Source: Camelus dromedarius
Lineage: Eukaryota
Length of the DNA stretch: 64,000 bases
NCBI RefSeq assembly: GCF_036321535.1
Contig: NC_087437.1
Location: forward strand, 120,716,001-120,780,000
Direction: 5' to 3'
Positions 61,520-64,000 of this stretch are shown in pieces; position 1 is the first letter of the stretch, and each line of letters begins with the position of its first letter. A program made the position numbers and the translations under genes. The notes under the pieces are model-generated. The model made no database searches. It had not been told where the DNA came from and saw only the letters and a program-made list of their open reading frames with translations.

Positions 61520-63249
61520 GTGAGTCGTCTCTTTCCCAGTCTGCCCTTCCTGACCGTGACCCGGAACTCTGAACCTTCAGTCCTGACATTGAACTGTGTG
61601 TGCTTAGGAAAGAGTGTTCTTTCTGAATGTCCTTCACTTTTTACTATATTATTTGCATAGTTACTCTATACTGATTCATGAATTGCTTGAAAATGTAACT
61701 TCTGCTCTCAGCATGTGGAGTTCACGTTGGCCCAGAACGAGCCTCTTAGGTCAGTTTCTTAATGTAATTTTTTAAAGTAACTTTGGCTTATTCTCTGGGA
61801 GCTGGTCTTCACTGATGAGGATTACTCACCTGATGGACACGTAGGATTAGGTTTTGTAGGTGGACATTGATTTGATTTTAGAACTGTCTTTTCAGATAAG
61901 TGGTTGAAGGTACCCATGTGAGTGGCACACAACACGCTGTGCACGGTGATGAGTAGCACCAAGTATACTGGAGACACGTTGTGAACACGTGTGTGCACGT
62001 GTGGGTGAGAGAAGCCAGTTAGTGAGGCCCGAAGCAGTTTATTTGTAGTGAAATACTTGCCTTTAAAGAGCGCCACCCCCCGCGCTGCTGAACTCTTTTC
62101 CTGCCCGTAGGCTTAGGCACACTTAGTGAGGCCAGCGAGCTTCTGTGCCTGTCCGGTCTGGGGGCTCTCAGCTTTTTTATTTCAGTGACCTCTTTACCCA
62201 GAAGAATATACAAAGCGTTACACACGGAACGTGCACACGGAGTGTCTTGTGCCATTTCGCAGGACTCACAGGCAGCCCCGCCCCGTTCCCCGGCTGAGAA
62301 CTGCGCGAAGGGTCTCATGCCACTGTGCAGACGGGGACAGTGGGTCTGGAAGTGGTTAGACGGCCTACCAGTACCACGGCCGTCCCTGAGCCGGGTCGCC
62401 CTGCCGCCCTCCACTCCTGGCTGCCAGCGGCAGCCACGGGAGGCCCAGTGTGAGCAGCGGTAGGGAGGGTCTGCACAGTTTAGGAACTCCTGCTGTGTGT
62501 TCCCTGGGCAGCTAAGTAACAGGCTCGACTGAGGAGACGTAAACGCTTCTGAAAACCCAAGTGAGGAGAAATTACTTTAATGGCTAAAAATGAGGTGTCT
62601 TGCGTGGCCGAGTCAAAAGATGGGGAACCTGGCTTTCTATCGAGTTGTTTCTCTTCCTCGGACATGGGGAGGAGCAGCGTTTTCCAGCCGGCAGATCTCG
62701 ATCACCTGCTTTAGCTGCCCCGCTCCCTCCGTGCTAACTGGGGAGGGCGCGGGTCTCATTAACAGGGCAAGGCTCCTGTGTTCGGGGGTGCCCAGAGATT
62801 TCACTGTTCACACTGGGCACTTTCAAATTGACCCCAGGGGGGTGTCGTAGGAAGGACGCAGCTTGGGGCAGGCGTGGGAAACCATGGGGGGTGGCGTGGA
62901 GCCGGTCTCTTTAGTGCCGGGCCCAGCTCCTCACAAATTTGAGGATTCAAGAACCTTTTTCAGATTTTTTTTTCTTGCCTTAGAAAGTTGACTAGCAGTG
63001 GGGCTGCCAGGCTGCAGAGAGGAGAGGAGAGGACGCGGTGAGAGGCCGGGCTCTCCGGGCAAGGAGGGAGCCCCCCGGCATCCGGAAGCTGGGCGGGAGG
63101 AGCCGTGGCCCCGCGACACACCGCTCCTGGGCAGGCGGCGTGAAGCCAGGAGAGTGGACGTGGGAGGCCGGCTAGGGGCAGCCTGTGTGGTGCGGGAGTG
63201 GTGATGCCTTTTCCTCCGGGGTCCCTGCCGCCGTTGCTCCTCTCATTCC

Positions 63250-63291
63250 GTGCGGTGGGCACAGTGCGGTGGGCACAGTGCGGTGGCCACA
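63250..63291. repeat. 14-bp tandem repeat x3 (GTGCGGTGGGCACA)
   Basis: Units at 63250, 63264 and 63278; the third has one mismatch. Confidence 0.9.
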
Positions 63292-64000
63292 GGGAAGACG
63301 CATGCTTTCCCGCTCGCCCACTGCCCAGCGCGGCCCGTGTCCCGAGTTCTGTAGAAGTAGCTGGAATGGGTCAGCCTTTGGGCTAGAAAGAGAACCTCCG
63401 GGGAGGTGATGGGCCCCGGGGCCCGGGATGCCCGGAGATGCCCGTGGCTGCTGGGGGGGCGGCGGGCTGGGTCTAGGCGCTCGTCCTCCGGCGTGGCTGG
63501 AGATGAGCCGTGTGCTCTGTGCCCCTCGCGTCAGGGTGCTACTTCCCCGCGCCTCCCTTTGCTGAGTGACGTGGTCCTTATCATCACTGTCTCCCCGAGT
63601 GGAGGGCTCCCCACTCGCCACACTGTGGAGCTTTCATTTTAGTGGACCAAGTAGACCAAGTCAGAATCCCCAGGTAGATGTGGCTTCAGTGGCAGGTGCA
63701 GAGGGAATGCGTTTCAGGCAGAGAAAAGTAACTTGTATTTAAAGAGCTCTAGAGGAACTTAGTCCTGCTAGAACTTAGGTGGAAAGGGAGGACTTGGACA
63801 GAGGCTACTGGAAGCCAGATTCTGAAGGGAGATTGTGAAAGTGTCATCTTGAAAGTTGGATTTTGTTCTGTAGCTAGTAGGGAGCCATCGCTGGCTTTGC
63901 AGGTGGGGTGCCATGAAAGGCGTGAGGACCTGGGGGGTGGGGGGCAGAGAGAAGCAAAGACTTGGACGGAGGCCCAGGGAAGAGGGAGAGACTTCTGCCA

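Noticed and set aside
61022..61660. 212-aa ORF suggesting an extended exon 7 (similar for ORFs around exons 3, 5 and 6)
   Set aside because: Only the part between canonical splice sites matches TRAPPC10; the flanks are intronic open frame.

Overview
Mammalian genomic DNA, most likely a camelid: three copies of a tRNA-derived SINE match my recollection of the camelid vic-1 family. The one protein-coding gene I can support is TRAPPC10 on the + strand. It has a CpG-island promoter at about 24.6-25.85 kb and coding exons 1-7 (25296-61519) that splice with canonical GT-AG sites into 1038 nt / 346 codons without a stop; the gene continues past the window end. The first ~24 kb is GC-rich intergenic DNA with many transposon remnants (L1, ERV/MaLR LTRs, hAT elements, SINEs), and the introns are similar. 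I found no convincing new multi-gene system. The most interesting signals are: (1) old transposon fragments locally rewritten A/T->G/C into CpG-rich patches, one forming part of a second CpG island upstream of the promoter; (2) an in-frame uORF and an interrupted GGC tract in the TRAPPC10 leader; (3) an unidentified ~330-bp retrocopy-like insert at ~18 kb; (4) small retrotransposition scars and a scrambled L1. Transposon family names and reference-protein comparisons come from memory, not database searches, and transposon boundaries are approximate.
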